Positions 62,601 through 64,000 of a DNA stretch of 64,000 nucleotides are shown piece after piece; positions within the stretch are counted from its first letter, which is position 1; every line of letters starts with the position of its first letter. The notes under the pieces were generated by a model. The model made no database searches, had not been told where the DNA came from, and saw nothing but the letters and a program-made list of their open reading frames with translations. The stretch is from Lama glama (Eukaryota). The stretch spans positions 40,240,001 to 40,304,000 of the forward strand of contig CM052817.1 in the NCBI GenBank assembly GCA_028534125.1, in the 5' to 3' direction. The translations under genes and the position numbers were made by a program.

Positions 62601-63387
62601 CATCCTTCTCACATTTTACCCCATCACTCGCTTCTGATCTGTAACCCCCAAGGTCTGTTAAACCAGTGGGAAAGATGTACTCGTACATAATTCTGGAGTT
62701 TTGTAGGTTGGATCCAGGGTCAGCTTTGTGTATAACCAGGAAGTTGCCAACAGTGAGAAGTGATTTTGGGGACACAGGCCTTACATGGCCCTCAAATTAC
62801 CTTCCTCAGCTGTCCTAGCAATTGGAGCAGGGGTTCCGGGCAGGGGCTGGATACTTGAGGGTTTCATAAGCCCCTGAAATAGGTTTTGTATTTGTTGGCA
62901 TTTTTCTTGATTGGATTCTCAGCAGAGCCTGTGACTTTAAAAAGGTTAAGTGCTGCTGGGCCGGAGTGAGCCTCATTAAACATGCCAGCATGTCCTAAAA
63001 GGATGAACAGTAAACGAGTGTTCATTTACGTTCTCTCGTCCATTATCCCTGTCTTGTATCTGTAGTCAATATGATCGCTTTCATGCTTTATTTAATAGAT
63101 AGGCTAATTAAGCTTTGATAGGCTGAAGGAAAGGCCTGGGAGCTTCTGGGTTCAATAGGTCTGTGTGGGCTAGGTCTCCATGGAGCCCCCCAGATGAGGG
63201 ACCCCTTTGGATTGTGGGACAACCCAAAGACAAAAAACAAAGGGTGTTTTTCACCATTTTACTCAATTCACAATTTTGCTGTGGTCTCGTCACTAGGGAA
63301 GCAGTGATGACTCCTCCAAGGGCCTTTCCCTGCCTCTACTTAGCTCTGCTTGTTAGAAGCACTCTGGGGATAAGAATCTAAGGAGGT

Positions 63388-63915
63388 AGTGCATTTCTTT
63401 TCTCTTGTTGCTGCTTCAGATAATCACAAAGTTAGTGATTTAAAGCAAAACAAATGTATAATCTTACAGTTCTATACATTAGAGGCCCACATAAGTCTCA
63501 CTACGCTAAAATCAAGGTGGCAACAGGGCTACATTCCTTTCTGGAGGCTCCAGGGGAGAATCCATTCTCTTGCCTTTTCTGGCTTCTGGAGGCTGCCTGC
63601 GTTTCTTGGCTCGTGGCCCCTTGCTCTGTCTTCAAAGCCAGGCTCTATCCTCCACCTAGTGGGTCAAGTGCTTCTCACATAGCGTCCCTCTGACCTCATT
63701 TTCTACTTCTCTTCCACTTTTAAGGACCCTTGTGATTCTATTGGGCCCACTTGGATAATTTAGGATAATCTCTTCTTGAAAGACAGCTGATTAACAACCT
63801 TAATTCCACCTGTAACCTTACTTCCCCTTTGCCATGTAATGAAACATACTCATAGGTACCAGGGACTAGGTAGTATGTGGACATCTTTAGGAGGCCGTTA
63901 TTCTGCCTACCACCC
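63388..63915 (-). mobile_element. ERVL-MaLR (MLT1C/D-like) solo LTR
   Basis: aaatcaaggtggcaacagggc...ctggaggctccaggggagaatcc...taaggacccttgtgatt..attgggcccac...ttattctgcctaccac. Confidence 0.85.
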
Positions 63916-64000
63916 CCAGATACACAAGAAAACTAATCTACATTCCTCCCTTTGGTTATTATAGGTACCACCTAGATAGAAAACTCAGTTGTGTATAACC

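Noticed and set aside
49945..63693. Further SCD5 exons or novel genes among the intron ORFs
   Set aside because: None encodes the expected next desaturase segment (AYFCF...GAHRLWSH His box) or shows a recognisable domain; several overlap MIR, MER, MLT or L1 relics.
1..64000. CRISPR array, operon or prokaryote-style defence system
   Set aside because: The sequence is clearly mammalian (spliceosomal introns, SINEs and LINEs); no repeat-spacer arrays or gene-dense segments are present.

Overview
Mammalian genomic DNA, most likely camelid (camel/alpaca/llama), judged from tRNA-derived Vic-1-type SINEs with target-site duplications. The + strand carries the 3' two-thirds of SEC31A (COPII outer-coat subunit). 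I traced 19 coding exons between 1610 and 36861, all with GT-AG boundaries and consistent phases, followed by a 3' UTR with poly(A) signals near 37.25-37.5 kb. About 10 kb further on lie the CpG-island promoter, 5' leader and first coding exon (48128-48365) of SCD5 (stearoyl-CoA desaturase 5), whose intron 1 fills the rest of the window. The SEC31A-SCD5 order matches the known human synteny. The remainder is intronic or intergenic DNA with SINE, L1, L2, MIR, MER and MLT relics and microsatellites; repeat boundaries and subfamilies are approximate. I found no new protein-coding system, and most ORF-track entries are artefacts. The most interesting signals are in splicing architecture: an exon with an identical 15-nt repeat at both ends (candidate recursive splice site), a dual-use CAG|GT site, and small frame-preserving cassette exons with distant branch points and RBP motifs. 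Also notable are a double CTCF-like motif, an SCD5 uORF, CpG-rich patches and a perfect hairpin. Comparisons with human sequences are from memory and need alignment to confirm.
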